A DNA stretch of 62,768 nucleotides, filler included, from Collodictyon triciliatum (GCA_043381765.1; 14 parts of 14 records of this genome joined end to end with filler, not necessarily neighbours in it); one strand, 5' to 3'; counted from the first letter of the whole stretch, positions 1 through 12,457 are shown. Translations and numbers: made by a program. Notes: a model not told the origin generated them from the letters alone.

Positions 1-120
1 CAAAAAGCAAAAAGCAAAAAGCAAAAAGCAAAAAGCAAAAAGCAAAAAGCAAAAAGCAAAAAGCAAAAAGCAAAAAGCAAAAAGCAAAAAGGAAAGGAAA
101 GAGCAAAAAGCAAAAAGCAA
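1..120 (+). repeat. (GCAAAAA)n microsatellite
   Basis: Direct tandem 7-mer at the window start. Confidence 0.95.
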
Positions 121-450
121 AAAGGAAAGGAAAACCAAGAAGGAAAAAGGAAGAATGAACTGAAGAAGGCTTCGTGCGGACGCTGCTCTCGCGCAGGAAA
201 ACTTGGTATCGCGCAGATAGCGAACACTTCAGAGGTGACTAGACAGCGAGATCAGAATAAATGAACCCCGATGAACACCCATTTGTGGAAAATAAAATAC
301 CAAGCTCGGGCCTTGCACAAAGAAGTCACGCCACAGGACATAATTACATATTCGTTGAGTCCACACCTTGCATCTTGAATTCGAACAAACAGCCAGGCGC
401 ACAACGGTACACAACCCACTTTCTCTCATTCACAATGCAATGACGGTTGT

Positions 451-1823
451 TTATTCCGTAAGATACTCATCCAGTCTTTTGACTTCGCTCAGAGAACCCA
501 GACAGATGCCGGTGCGGACGTCGCAGTGGGTGATGGGCATGTCCAAGATAGACCCCGTCTTGCAGTCGCTGCTGGCACCACCTTAATTTATGCGCGAGTT
601 TAGATCTGGCAAACCAATGCAGTTGCGTGAATCAAGAAAAAAAAAAGAGGGGCTGAAGGAATTTATTTTGTTCTTATGGGAATATATTATAATGAATGTA
701 ATGGCAGAGAAAAATTTATGGTAGGTATCAAGGGTGCATATTCGACAAACCAGCGCATTCCACAACCAAAGCCAAAGGGGCACATTCATAGAGGAGCCGC
801 AACTTGGCTGGGGCAGATGGGGATGGTGGATTGCAAAAGACTCCAGAGCCTTTCATCAGAATGTGGAAAATATCTGGAACCATGCCCCCAGTGTAGCGCA
901 ATGTGTAGCGGCTGGATATCCAGAACTGGACAAGTCGATTGTAAGCAGGATTGTCGTGGGTTGCACGGAGGTTTCCTGTGGAGAGTGTTAATATCGGATT
1001 AACTCGGTGTATAGTTTAGATTTTAGTATTTTTCTATGTTTTTTTATTCTTTATTCGATTCAAGTGAAGGAAGGGGGTTTTTAGATTTTGAAAAGAAAAT
1101 AGGTAAACACATCATCATTATTGATGCAGTATTCGAAACCTGGTGCAAATATTTTGGTGTCGTTTTTAATTATGACACTAGGCTTGGTGACTTTCCACCT
1201 GTTTGCATATTCAGAGTGGAAATTACTCATGATAATAGTATGTCACTATTTTTCTTCCAGTATTACAGATGGTTTTAAAAACAACAACACATGCATACGC
1301 ACCAGGAACCCTCCGTCAATGTAAACTCAACAACACAAGGACCAGAACGTTCCGATGGGACGTTTGATGCGTGCGGAGTCAAAGCAAGAGCGATTGTGGT
1401 GCGAGGCCCATACTGCGCTACAATAGCAGATACTTGTTCTCGTCCAGTTCTTCCAATCAACCGATCTCCTCTCCAGATTCCAAAGATGGAGCCAACAGCA
1501 AAGTTTGCGTCGATGATGCTGCTCCCATCGAGCGGATCGAACGAAACACTATAACCTGTACCACCTTAAGTTGGAGGAAAAAAAGAAATAAAGTTAAAGA
1601 TCTTAACATATTGTTTTCTTCGAAAAATAAACTATTCTCGAATACCTTCCGCTTTATTAATAGCCTAGAATATGTATTAATGCATAATTGTAAACTAGGC
1701 ACGTTCCCTTATGAATAATTAACCAGACCGATAGGGACCTCCTCGGCTGTCTCCTCGCTCGACGCTGTTGCAACCGCCCCAGACAATTTCAGCTCGCCTT
1801 CATCGCCAAATATTCAACAACAA

Positions 1824-1865
<42 letters not shown>

Positions 1866-2638
1866 AAAAAAATGAGTTAGCCAAGTACATTCAGTCCGAA
1901 TGACACCTTAAAAAAGAAAAAAAGAAGCAGTTTTCCTCGAGTTAAAGACATCCATTAACTTTCAAAGTATGCTTACTCCAACCGAATCAATAAGAGACCA
2001 TCTAAATCTAATTTATTTACTGGCAGGGATGCTTGAGTAACACAAAGCGGGCAATAGGAAGTCACAAGGCAATGGATATGCACATACCGAATATCACTTG
2101 GTCAGCAAGCACATCAATGTGTAATTGCTCATCACCAAATTTGTTGAAAGTCAGAGTGGAGCTGGCCTTGAAGTCTTCATTTCCTGTTCAGATGAAGATT
2201 GTTTATATGCGGCACGGAATAGATTTATATAATAGTTACTTAATCACTCGGACATCAGAAAAGAAATACAAATAGAAAGGCAGTGGAAAAGATTTGAATC
2301 ATCAAGGCGGGATTCGTTTCTTTCAGTCGATTTTTTGGGACATATCAGTCAATTACAATAGTGAATTTCGATCGAAAAATGTGAAAAGAAAAATGCATAA
2401 ATATATATATGTAGGGACAATATGAACGACAGCATAAGTATTAATAGAAAGGCATATGAGGTATTTGGGAGAGAGAAAGAGAGAGGGAGAGAGAAAAAAA
2501 GAGAGAACCTGTCTGCATAGACTTTGCTATAATGCCGACAGCATCTGTGATCGAATTGATGACTTTGACAAGTCCGTCCTCCACTGCATACAGCTGAAGC
2601 ACATCCACGAGAGTTTGTCCTTCTTTAAGTGTGTCCAT
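451..2638 (-). CDS. SBP: Sedoheptulose-1,7-bisphosphatase (FBPase class 1 superfamily), complete, about 7 exons
   Basis: Spliced translation: MDTLKEGQ...[19 protein letters not shown]...ASSEE...[53 protein letters not shown]...[47 protein letters not shown]...[25 protein letters not shown]...EYLTE*. FGDEQL, YGPRTT, GNLRAT and [10 protein letters not shown] are SBPase-type rather than FBPase-type motifs. GT-AG introns; TAA stop at 451-453. Confidence 0.9.
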
Positions 2639-2894
2639 CTCTGAGCACTAAAGGTATCGCTGTTTTATGCGACATTATTCCAATGAGTATCTATATAAGT
2701 GCTTTAAAAACATATTGAGTGAGGCAAACCACTTCTTTTTTCTTATATATATTCTTGTCTGTTTTTTCATTTTTTTTCTTCGTTTTATTCTTTTCTCATT
2801 TCACAAGGGGTCTCAGGAAAATGAGGACGCAGCGAATGCCCAGAAAGTACCACAAAAGAGACAAAGGGAATTGATGTTTTAGTTCATTCGCGGT

Positions 2895-4214
2895 CTAATT
2901 GTCTTTGCCGCGTCGAGATCCGCCCTGGCGAGAATCTATCAAGGAGCAAAGTCAATGGAAGGAGTCAAAGGATTTGGGGTTGTCCAGCAGGCCAGCACGA
3001 GGCCAAGAGCCGGTCACATGATGCATCCAACAAAGCGTTCCGAAAGGATGACAGAGAAAGGGTAAGAAAGAGTAAGAAACAGTAAGAAACAGTAAGAAAC
3101 AGTAAGAAAGAGTAAGAAAGAGTAAGAAAGAGTAAGAAAGAGTAAGAAAGAGCAAGGAGCAAGAAAGAGTAAGAAAGAGGAAGAAAGAGTAAGGATGACA
3201 GAGAGATAAGGTGCTCTAAGATTGGGTAACTAAATGCAAGAGGTGCGGTATAAAAAACTAAGTATCCCCATACCTTGATGACCATCGACCTGGTACTTTG
3301 ATGAGCGGCTGGATGATTGCGCGGGTGGAGGATAAACAACCTCGGCATCATCGTCATCCAAGCCTGTTTTTTATTTTTATTATTTTATTATTATTACTCA
3401 GATATTTACATACCAACAGATTCATTAAATAGGTCCGAAAACAAAACAAACATAAAAAAAACACAGAAAGTGATAAAAGAAATAGGCATGGTCGATTGTG
3501 AATTAAGATTCAATATGTTTTAACATTAAGTTGGTTCTAGTGTAAGGCTGATAATTATACTCATGAGTGAGTGATACTGGGATGATGATTGGCTTGAGCC
3601 ACGGCGGTTGAAAAACCGTGAGGAGATGCTACTGAACCGTGATTTTGCCGCTTTTAATCCATAAATGCAAATATAAAGTATTAGAATAGTTGCTCTGAGG
3701 ACACAGGAGGAGCAGAGCTAGAAGCGAAAAATGCGACATTAAGAACCTTCTCCTAATGATTCGATTTTCTTCTTCAACTCAGACGGGCTTTCGTGCTGAG
3801 GTTCGCCAGGGGAATGTGGAGGGGCGTATGAATCTATTACAATTTTTTTTTTATTTAGAATCATTTATTAGCACACAGATTTTATTTGACCTGCTGTCTT
3901 TATGTCGTGAACAGTGAAATGTTGTTTTGATTCGGCATCAAGCATCAAGAGAAAAAAAAGAAGAAATTACCTGGTCGACTTTGATTGGTACTTGTGCTTC
4001 TTTGTGCTAATCATTCGGAACGGTTGATACATTACTTACAAATCATATTGTATAGTGCTTTGATTCGAAATAATAGAGTGGAAACTATACATCGGCCGAA
4101 AACAGAGGCGAATTCCGGCTCGCTTCGCAACTCATTCATGAACATCTGGTCCTGAATCATTTTTGCAAACAACTCATCGTTTTGTATCTGCTCCAACTCT
4201 TCAGGGCGGGCGAA
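2895..4214 (-). CDS. CUEDC1-like protein, 3' part (5' end lost at the scaffold edge)
   Basis: Exons encode EQIQNDELFAKMIQDQMFMNELRSEPEF, then ELKKKIESLGE/AAKSRFSSISSRFF, SLDDDDAEVVYPPP and DSRQGGSRRGKDN* (TAG at 2895-2897). This resembles the conserved helical blocks of CUE-domain protein 1. The CUE domain itself is not seen. Confidence 0.55.
3060..3190 (+). repeat. (AGTAAGAAAG/C)n intronic minisatellite
   Basis: Tandem 10-mer inside an intron of the CUEDC1-like gene. Confidence 0.9.
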
Positions 4215-4447
4215 CTATGAGTCGAGGACAGTTTCATATATTAAGATACCCGATTAATCAGAGAAGAAATTAAAATGGAAAAAGGAAAAGGAAAAAAGGA
4301 AAAAAAAGGAAAAAAGGAAAAAAGGAAAAAAGGAAGAAGGAAGAAGGAAGAAGGAAGAAGGAAGAAGGAAGAAGGAAGAAGGAAGAAGGAAGAAGGAAGA
4401 AGGAAGAAGGAAAATGGAAAAAGGAAAAGGGAAAAAGGAAAAAAAAA

Positions 4448-4547
4448 NNNNNNNNNNNNNNNNNNNNNNNNNNNNNNNNNNNNNNNNNNNNTTAATTAAT
4501 TAANNNNNNNNNNNNNNNNNNNNNNNNNNNNNNNNNNNNNNNNNNNN
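4448..4547. other. Artificial scaffold spacer N44-TTAATTAATTAA-N44 (first of 13)
   Basis: Identical 100-bp spacers at 4448, 8994, 12458, 17005, 21551, 26097, 30642, 35186, 39730, 44274, 52382, 56923 and 61465. The 12-mer places stops in all six frames. Confidence 0.98.
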
Positions 4548-4732
4548 TTTCTTTTCTTTTCTTTTCTTTTCTTTTCTTTTCTTTTCTTTTCTTTTCTTTT
4601 CTTTTCTTTTCTTTTCTTTTCTTTTCTTTTCTTTTCTTTTCTTTTCTTTCTTGTTAGGTTCCTATATTTCATCTGGATTTCCCCTTAAAAAACATAAAAC
4701 TGCTTCTTTTCCTTTTTCCTCGTTCCGCAAAG

Positions 4733-6672
4733 TATCCGTTGTTTCGCTTCATCAGCGCCCTCTATGTGGCGACGTTGTTGCGAAAGCGCGAAGGGACCGT
4801 CGACCGCAGATTCTGGCTTCACAGCCTTGCTATGACTGTGTTGGTGACCTTTGCAGGTGCTTATCATAGTTTATAGAGAATAACATAATGTTATACACCC
4901 TTCTTTACACGGTGTTCATTTTACAAATTCACATGTTCAATTATTTTGATTTTGTTCATTCTTTTTCTTTTCTTTTCTTTTCTTTTCTTTTCTTTTCTTT
5001 TCTTTTCTTTTCTTTTCTTTTCTTTTCTTTTCTTTCTATTTTTCTCTTTCTTTTTTCTCTTTCTTTTTTCTCTTTCTTTTTTCTCTTTCTTTTTTCTCTT
5101 TCTTTTTCCTCTTTCTTTTTCCTCTTTCTTTTTCCTCTTTCTTTTTTCTCTTTCTTTTCTTTTCTTTTCATTTTAGGCGGCACTTTTGTCAGCCTTTTCA
5201 CCGGGCAAGTTCCTTACTTCATCAAATCTGCTGATAAGGACTTTGTCGTCGTTGCTGTTGCATGGTTCCCTCTTTTTTTTATTCTTTTTTCCGCCATAAA
5301 ATCAATGTTTATTATATAAATTATACTTTAACTGCTGCAGTATATCTTACTTGGATTTTAACTCATGATTCCTATTCCAAGGTATTTTGTTCAAGTGTCT
5401 CCTTTTGATATTGTTTACAAAGCACTGTTGCAACCAACTTTAAAGGTTATCTACATATTTTTGCATATATAATTAAGTATTCCATCAGAAAGATATGATG
5501 AAGGCAAACGTATCCCTCGTGATTATGTTACATTCAAAAGTTGTAAAACAAATGCTTTACTGAATGATTGAATATACTAATTGCTCTCTCTCTATCTATC
5601 TCTGGTTAGCTTCTCTTGGTCATGCTTTATTCGATCGCGCAAATGAAGAGTCATCTATCCACAATCGCAACTGCATACAAAGGCGTGGATAATCAAATGT
5701 ATTCTGCCCTTTTGCTTTCATCGATATCAGGTTAGATGAAAATCTTAAGAAAGCCTTATGCGCATCTTTCAATAAAGTTGAAGTCTATCTCCGACAATTA
5801 TTACTTTTCTTCTTTATTTCTTTGTTTCTTCGTTTCTTCGTTTCTTTGTTTCTTCGTTTCTTCGTTTCTTCGTTTCTTCGTTTCTTCGTTTCTTCGTTTC
5901 TTTGTATTTTCTCAAATCTCAATTCGTGCAGGTTGAGAAACTTAACTCATTTGTTGCTTTCACTTTTTTTTTCTCAATCACACACAGCTTAATGATGTCT
6001 TCATATTTGTATCTACCATCACAACACCCAATCCAAACTTCATTTTACTCATTTCTTCTTTATTTATCTCTTGTTGGATATACACAATTTCTGGGTTGAT
6101 TATACTATTTCTTTGAAGAAAAAAACACTTTGTAGGATTCGCCTCGCCACTCATCATGAACATTGAATCCTGCCTCCGTTTGAGAGATGATTCATTCTTT
6201 TTATCCGAGGGAAATCGGTACGCACAAACTCACACCAATGAAAGAAAAAAAAACCAAACCAAAAAAAAAAAAGGATTAATAATATTTCAAATGTTGAGGA
6301 ATAGAAAAAATATGTGCCTTCATAACTCTTTGCAACTTACCAAAGCAGCGCTCTCTCCAGCCATATTATGTGTTTCCTTATATGAATAATGAATAATAAA
6401 ATATATATATATAAACATGTAGCTCGGTGCAGATGACTTTCCTTGCGAGCGTCCTCTTTTTCTACCACAACCACTCGTCTTTCCTCGCTTTCCTGCACCC
6501 GTTCGTCCCTGTGCCTTCCATCATCCAAACACGTGTTGCAATGGCTCTGCTCTTCCTGTACAGCAACATTGCCACATTCGTGTCCGCATCGATTAAGCCG
6601 TTCTTTTTGCTCGACTTTATCTTTTACAGCGTGACTTTCCTTCATGGACACAAGGCTGAATCCAAACAATGA
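4733..6672 (+). CDS. TMEM38: Trimeric intracellular cation channel (TRIC/TMEM38 family), 5' partial, 6 exons seen
   Basis: Phase-consistent exons: YPLFRFISALYVATLLR...HSLAMTVLVTFAG/GTFVSLFTGQVPYF...VAVAW/YFVQVSPFDIVYK...LK/LLLVML...LLLSSISG/FASPLIMNIESCLR.../SVQMTFLASVLF...AESKQ*. Matches the TRIC motifs FAG..l..ll.G.P and WY.v..sPfD.v. Confidence 0.75.
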
Positions 6673-7235
6673 GGCGAGTGATAAATGCATAACATCGCTA
6701 ATTACAACACACTCACGCTCTTCTTTTTTTTCTTTTTTGTTATATTTTTATCTTTTTTCTATCTTTTTTCTATCTTTTTTCTATCTTTTTTCTATCTTTT
6801 TTCTATCTTTTTTCTATCTTTTTTCTATCTTTTTTCTATCTTTTTTCTATCTTTTTTCTGTCTTTTTTCTGTCTTTTTTCAATCTTTTTTCAATTTTTTC
6901 GTTCGAGATGTGAAAAGAATTCCGTTTGTAATTACATATGCAGGCATGAGATTGTCTATGTTTCCTTCTTATTTTTTCTTCTTTTTTCCTTGAACGAATC
7001 TATGTGACATTATTTATTATAATAGCAATTGAAAGATGATGAATGTTTCATGTTTAATTGCATACAATTTTATTCTTGTCTCGCGACATATTTCTCGAAT
7101 ATTGTTTTGTTTTGTTTTGTTTTGTTTTGTTTTGTTTTGTTTTGTTTTCATCTCTCTTTTCTTTTTTTTTCTTTAACTATGATTTGGATTATATCTTAAA
7201 TCAACTTTATGGGTCTTGTTTGCAGTGGCTGAACA

Positions 7236-8795
7236 CTACTTTTCAGGGTCGTAATGCTTGACAAGGCTTAAAATATTGACTTTGTTGGTCTCGACAATGT
7301 GTCCATTCGCTACCATTTCATCCAAAATCATGTGTGCTTTGTCCAAGTGCATGACAATCTGTAAGCACCGAAGTCAAGGAAGCGTAAAAGGATAACAATA
7401 ATTCATTTTTAGTCGGCATAAACAGAATATATTCTCAAAAGAAAGAAGAAAATAACGAATTGAGCGCGAGTATGCATCGAGAGAAGCATTGTTGGCAAAT
7501 CATGATAATCACAAAGCTTTTATCAACAATTTTGTTTTTTTGTTGAGATTTTGCGTTAGAGAAGATATATTGCTGAAAATGTATTTGCATAAAGGATACA
7601 TCCAACTCGCACTGTGTTTTTCGTTTGATTATTGCGGTGTTGATGGAAGTATCAGCAAATTCATATGAAACGGCGTGCAAATATTCACGTTGTGCAGAAT
7701 AGCGTTTACAGTTTTTGGTTTTGTAAAGTTGGCCAAGTTAAAAAAAAATCACGTCATTGTTGTGTCAAAACTGAATGATAATTAGATACAGCTTTTACAA
7801 AAAATAAAATATATTAATATAATAGTAGTATGACCGTATAAAATACAAGATACTTTTCAAGTGCAAAATCAAAATACCCACCACATTTTCAAAGTACTGG
7901 TCCAAAGTCTCCACGAAGCAATGCACAAACTCGAGAATTGAAAGCTCATTCTATTTTTTAAAAAATAAATTATCCCATTCATACAAACAGCGAAGAATAT
8001 TTGTGCGTCGTAATTATCATGGTTGCATGTTGTTTATAGGAAAAATTGAAAAAGAAAAGATATGGCTCGGTCATTTGTGTTAAAATCATAATCATAATCA
8101 AAATCAAAATCAATTAAAAGCAATCAAAATCAATCAAAATCAATCAAAATCAATCAAAATCATAATGATTCAGCTCGTTTCGGATGCATAAGGCCTCAAT
8201 GGAAAAAACCTCGGTTTGGTCGATACCGACGACAAAGAACAGGGATGCGTAACGCCGGTAAACAAGCTTGTAATTCATATACTCGACGATGGAACACTGT
8301 TAAATACATATAATAATAAAAAAAAATGGCTTGTCAAAATCAATTTACTTCTCAAAGCTTCAATCACATCGATGAAAGTAGAAAAGCATGGGTGTTTCGA
8401 CGATGAATCATAAAGCTAAAGATTAACAAAAGTCCTCAAAAAAAGAAAAAAAGAAACGACAAGAAGGAGGACGGACGACACTTTTGTGAAAGCTGGGGTA
8501 TTATAAAATACTTGCATGAGCATTTGGAATAGGCAAAATAGATATGAAAGTTACCACGAAACCAATAAGTCGGTTTAAAAAGACATGAGAATTAAAACAG
8601 AAAACAAAAGAAGAAAAAAGGAAAAGGTTATTAGGAAAGGGTGTGTCGGATACAAACCTGAAGCTCAGAGCGGGACATGCAGAGACGCACGAGACTGGCC
8701 TCCAGCGTTGTTCTTTCGTCGATGGAAAGCTGCTCGTAGTACTGGGAAAGGCGAGTTTGGCCCTCTTTGTTTGCGATAATGAGGAACTTAATCAT
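7236..8795 (-). CDS. AP4S1: AP-4 complex subunit sigma, complete, 5 exons including a 12-nt microexon
   Basis: [21 protein letters not shown].../[26 protein letters not shown].../[67 protein letters not shown] (TAG). The GQTRLS.YYE and NG.IVETNK motifs point to sigma-4. Confidence 0.88.
7359..7599 (-). other. U12-type (minor spliceosome) GT-AG intron
   Basis: 5' site GTATCCTTT (plus-strand 7591-7599). Branch site TTCCTTGAC (plus-strand 7373-7381), about 13 nt before the end of the CAG acceptor. Removal joins [13 protein letters not shown] in frame. Confidence 0.9.
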
Positions 8796-9227
8796 TTGGG
8801 CGGCGGCTGTTCTCTTGCAAACGCTCCTTCTGGGCAGGTGATCGGGTCGGACTTTGCGAAAGCTGCAATGTTTGTGAGAGGATGTCAACGCCGTTTATAT
8901 TGATATTTTGGGTTTTTTTTGGTTTTTTTTGGTTTTTTTTGGTTTTTTTTGGTTTTTTTTTTGGTTTTTTTTGGTTTTTTTTTGGTTTTTTTTNNNNNNN
9001 NNNNNNNNNNNNNNNNNNNNNNNNNNNNNNNNNNNNNTTAATTAATTAANNNNNNNNNNNNNNNNNNNNNNNNNNNNNNNNNNNNNNNNNNNNGGGGTTT
9101 TAAAGATAGACCCGTCGCGGGGTGCCGTCACCCCCCCCCCCCCCCCCCCCCCTCAAGTCATCCCTCCTCTCCTGGTTTGTCTGTAACCCGGAAGTAAATT
9201 AGTTCGTGAAATCTGAGAGAAACTCAC

Positions 9228-11387
9228 AATGAGATCATCGATCTGAGCTTCAGATGAACTATTAAGGAACAGATTGATGGCATATCCTCCTTCTCCATAA
9301 GAATCCTGAATTCCGTTATGAAGATCTCGGTAAAACACATTCGATGGATATAAAATTGGGTGGCCATCTGACCATGTGTACTGACCATCCCTAACGAAGG
9401 TATTTCGAAATGAAGGGCTGGGGTCTTAATTTCATATAGTTTTTTTTTAAAAAACAAAAATAAAAAGGAAAAACAAAAAACATATCGATTTTAAATCCCT
9501 CTGAATATGTGGCTAGAATGAGGATATGTAATTTTAATTGACATAAATATGGCGTGTGACTTTCGATCTATAAAAAGCTACCCAAATGGTGTTCGTTCTT
9601 CACTTTTTTGCGTAAAGAAGTCGTAACATAGGTCATTGCTTTTAGAAATCAATTTACAAGTAGATGGCTTGACCCTGACTTGTCGCAATAATGGAAGTCC
9701 GATCAATCTTTGGCTGTAAGAAAGGGAATTCACTCCTGAATTTGAATTCTCCTTCCCGTCTATTTTTAACCCAGGAATGACTGTGTTTTGAAGGAACTAA
9801 TAAAACATGACAGTTAGTGGCGCGCCAGAATTATCATTTGATTATGAAGAAAAAAATGTGGTTAGAAGAAGAACCGAATACTGACTTGATAGATATCTTC
9901 CTGGTGACGTTTCACAAAGTTTATTAGACAGTTAGAATTTGAGTAATTATTATTTTCTTAAATATTAGATATAAGTGAATGAAATATGCTGTTATGAGAA
10001 AATATATTTTAAGCATTTACTTTCGTTGTCACGGACGAAAAATCAATCCAGTTTTCATTTTGGGCTATGTTAAATCATTTTTTGGTAAATATAATATGAC
10101 ATGCTTTATTATTTTGTTTGTTTGTTTGTTTGTTTAGTTTAGTTTAGTTTGTTAAGTTTAGTTTAGTTTAGTTTAGTTTAGTTTAGTTTGTTTAGTTTAG
10201 TTGTTTGTTTTTAAGAAGAGATTGCATGTATTATCCATATATTTTTTCACTAAAACGGTTATTTGAGAAAAAAATGAAGGATAGTTTTTCCTATGATTAG
10301 GAAACCTGGGCTGAAGTATGTTCCAATCAAATCGACCTTGACAGAAGGGTGACATAGCGGGAAATATAGCGGTACGAGAAAAAAATCGGGACAGTTTAAA
10401 TTATTAGCACCTTTTTAACACATAATTAGTAATTCTTTGAATCGAATAAATGAAAAAAGCATATAATTGTTAGCTTTCAGCGGATGATATAATATAGCTG
10501 TGACAGTGTATAAATGAAGGTTAAATGACATTTTCTTAAGAAAATTAGGGAAAGCAAGATTCATGATGTTACTCAAACCTGCTCGAACGAATGATGCACA
10601 GGAATAAACATGAAGCTTACGGCTAGAAAGAATGCCAGATGGATTAAATATGTAGCCAACTGAACATCAAAGCTAACTCGCTTGCTCTCTCGTAGGAACT
10701 GAAGCGCCTCCTCAACGTTTAGTTGTTTCTTTTTGTAAAGATTGATTTTCTTTCGAATGCTACTTTCACCTGACATTGGACAACAGATAATACAATGTAT
10801 AGATTAATATACATATATTTACATTCTTCCCTTCAATTTGAGCAAGATACCGGGAATGTTGACTTTGGTAATATATCTTTAAGCAGTGCATATCACATCG
10901 TGCATGTATGTAAAATAGTATGTAGAAAGAAACCTTCGAATTGGTTAACTGAGAAGAAAAACGTAAAGAAAGAAATGGATAAACATTATCGACACGACTA
11001 CAACCACAACCACGAACAATCAACCAACTAATCACGATTATCTAGCCAAGATCAGACACATAAAAATCATAAAAGAATAATAATAATGATAAATTTAAAA
11101 ATAAATAAGACATATATGAAAAGTAAACTCCGTCACTCACTATCCCCAGTTATCTTGACTACAGAACCGATGCGATTTCCGGCACGAACCGCCTGAATGG
11201 CAACCTTGACGGACCGCCGATTGCCGGTTGTGCTTGTCCTTGGCCCGCTGCTTGTGCCTGGCCGAGACTGAGACTGCGACTGCGACTGCGACGGGTCACT
11301 TGCCCCTGTGTAGGCAACTGCTGGCTTATCCGAGACCAACCCAGGTGAAGCCCCGCTTTCGAGATCGGTGATGTTGTTGAGCTCCAT
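9228..11387 (-). CDS. Polycystin-2 (PKD2/TRPP)-like cation channel, N-terminal part, 3' truncated by the scaffold end
   Basis: Low-complexity N-terminus (MELNNITDLESG...), a TM segment (LATYLIHLAFFLAVSFMF), then TOP-domain motifs: F.sv.t, FLQNTVIPGL, QRLIGLPLLRQVRVKPSTC...CYDFFTQKSEERTPFG and SYGEGGYAINL. Confidence 0.8.
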
Positions 11388-12375
11388 AGCCCTGCCTCTG
11401 AGTTACCGGGTCCTTGCCTACGGCTTTTTCCTGACCAGGCGGCGGTATTGAAAGGGGCCCAAGCTGGTCGTTGCAAAAAAAAAAAAAGAACTTGAACAAC
11501 AAAATAAACATATTCTTTAAACTACTATAATTCCATACGCAAAACAAAAACAAAAACAAAAAACAAAAAACAAAAAACAAAAAACAAAAAACAAAAAAGG
11601 AAGAAAAGAAGGATCGCTGATATCTTAAACATGGGATGGATTCAAATGAAATAATGCGATGGCTGAGAGTGCATCGCACAGCGCACTTAACGAGTCGTCT
11701 GCTTTGGCTCGATCGAGAAAGAATCGCGGTTGATTCTTTTCACTCGCTTGGCTTCCCTGAATCGTCCTGTGTTTCGTTTTCGAAGACCCCGAGTCATTAC
11801 GCTGTTAAAAATGGAATGGAGCTAAACGGTTCCACATATATGCTATACCCTTGGACGCTTGGTTTGTGCAAATGCAGCACCTATATTTATGTACAAAATC
11901 ACATATGTAATTGATAATTTACTAATATCATGCGCTCTATGAAACTAAATGTTTTTTAATCTATATTATTATATATTCCATAAATGCAATATTCACATCA
12001 GGCCATGGAATGTTCTACATCATTTCTGGAATCTAAATTCAGAAGAAAATATCTTTTTGCGGTACAATTTTCGTGTGCGTTCCCTACTGGCTCATTTGAT
12101 GTCACCAAGCGAACCCACAAACAAAATAATTCATATATAAACAGGATTGCACAAACTTTGACAAGCTGGAAAATCCAAACCGCGTGGACACAGGGTATAA
12201 ATTCGCCAAAATAGGCCTTGGGCCAATATGAAGAGTATATATATCCCCGCACTAGATGCTTGACCTTCATCTCTTGATGATGTTTCCCCTTAACAAATCC
12301 ACTATCATCCATAGCCCTTCAGCAACTCCGCCGCCTTCCCTCTGCAGCCACCTCAGCCTCAACAAACTCCTCGCA

Positions 12376-12457
12376 ATGGCCCGCGCTGACTTCACTGGAA
12401 CCTGGAATCTCGATGCTGCCGCCTCTGGCAACCCCGAAGCCGTCGCTGAACTTGAGG
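12376..12457 (+). CDS. N-terminal fragment of a calycin (lipocalin/FABP-like) protein
   Basis: MARADFTGTWNLDAAASGNPEAVAELE, which has the calycin N-terminal F.G.W.L...S.N motif and GC-rich codon usage. Cut by the spacer after 27 codons. Confidence 0.45.

Noticed and set aside
4492-4503. Regularly spaced TTAATTAATTAA palindromes as a biological repeat, CRISPR-like array or piggyBac TTAA sites
   Set aside because: Always centred in exactly 44+44 Ns; this is a six-frame-stop linker added during concatenation.
10130-10200. (TTTAG)n as a telomeric repeat
   Set aside because: Short, mixed with TTTG, and located inside a PKD2-like intron; an ordinary microsatellite.
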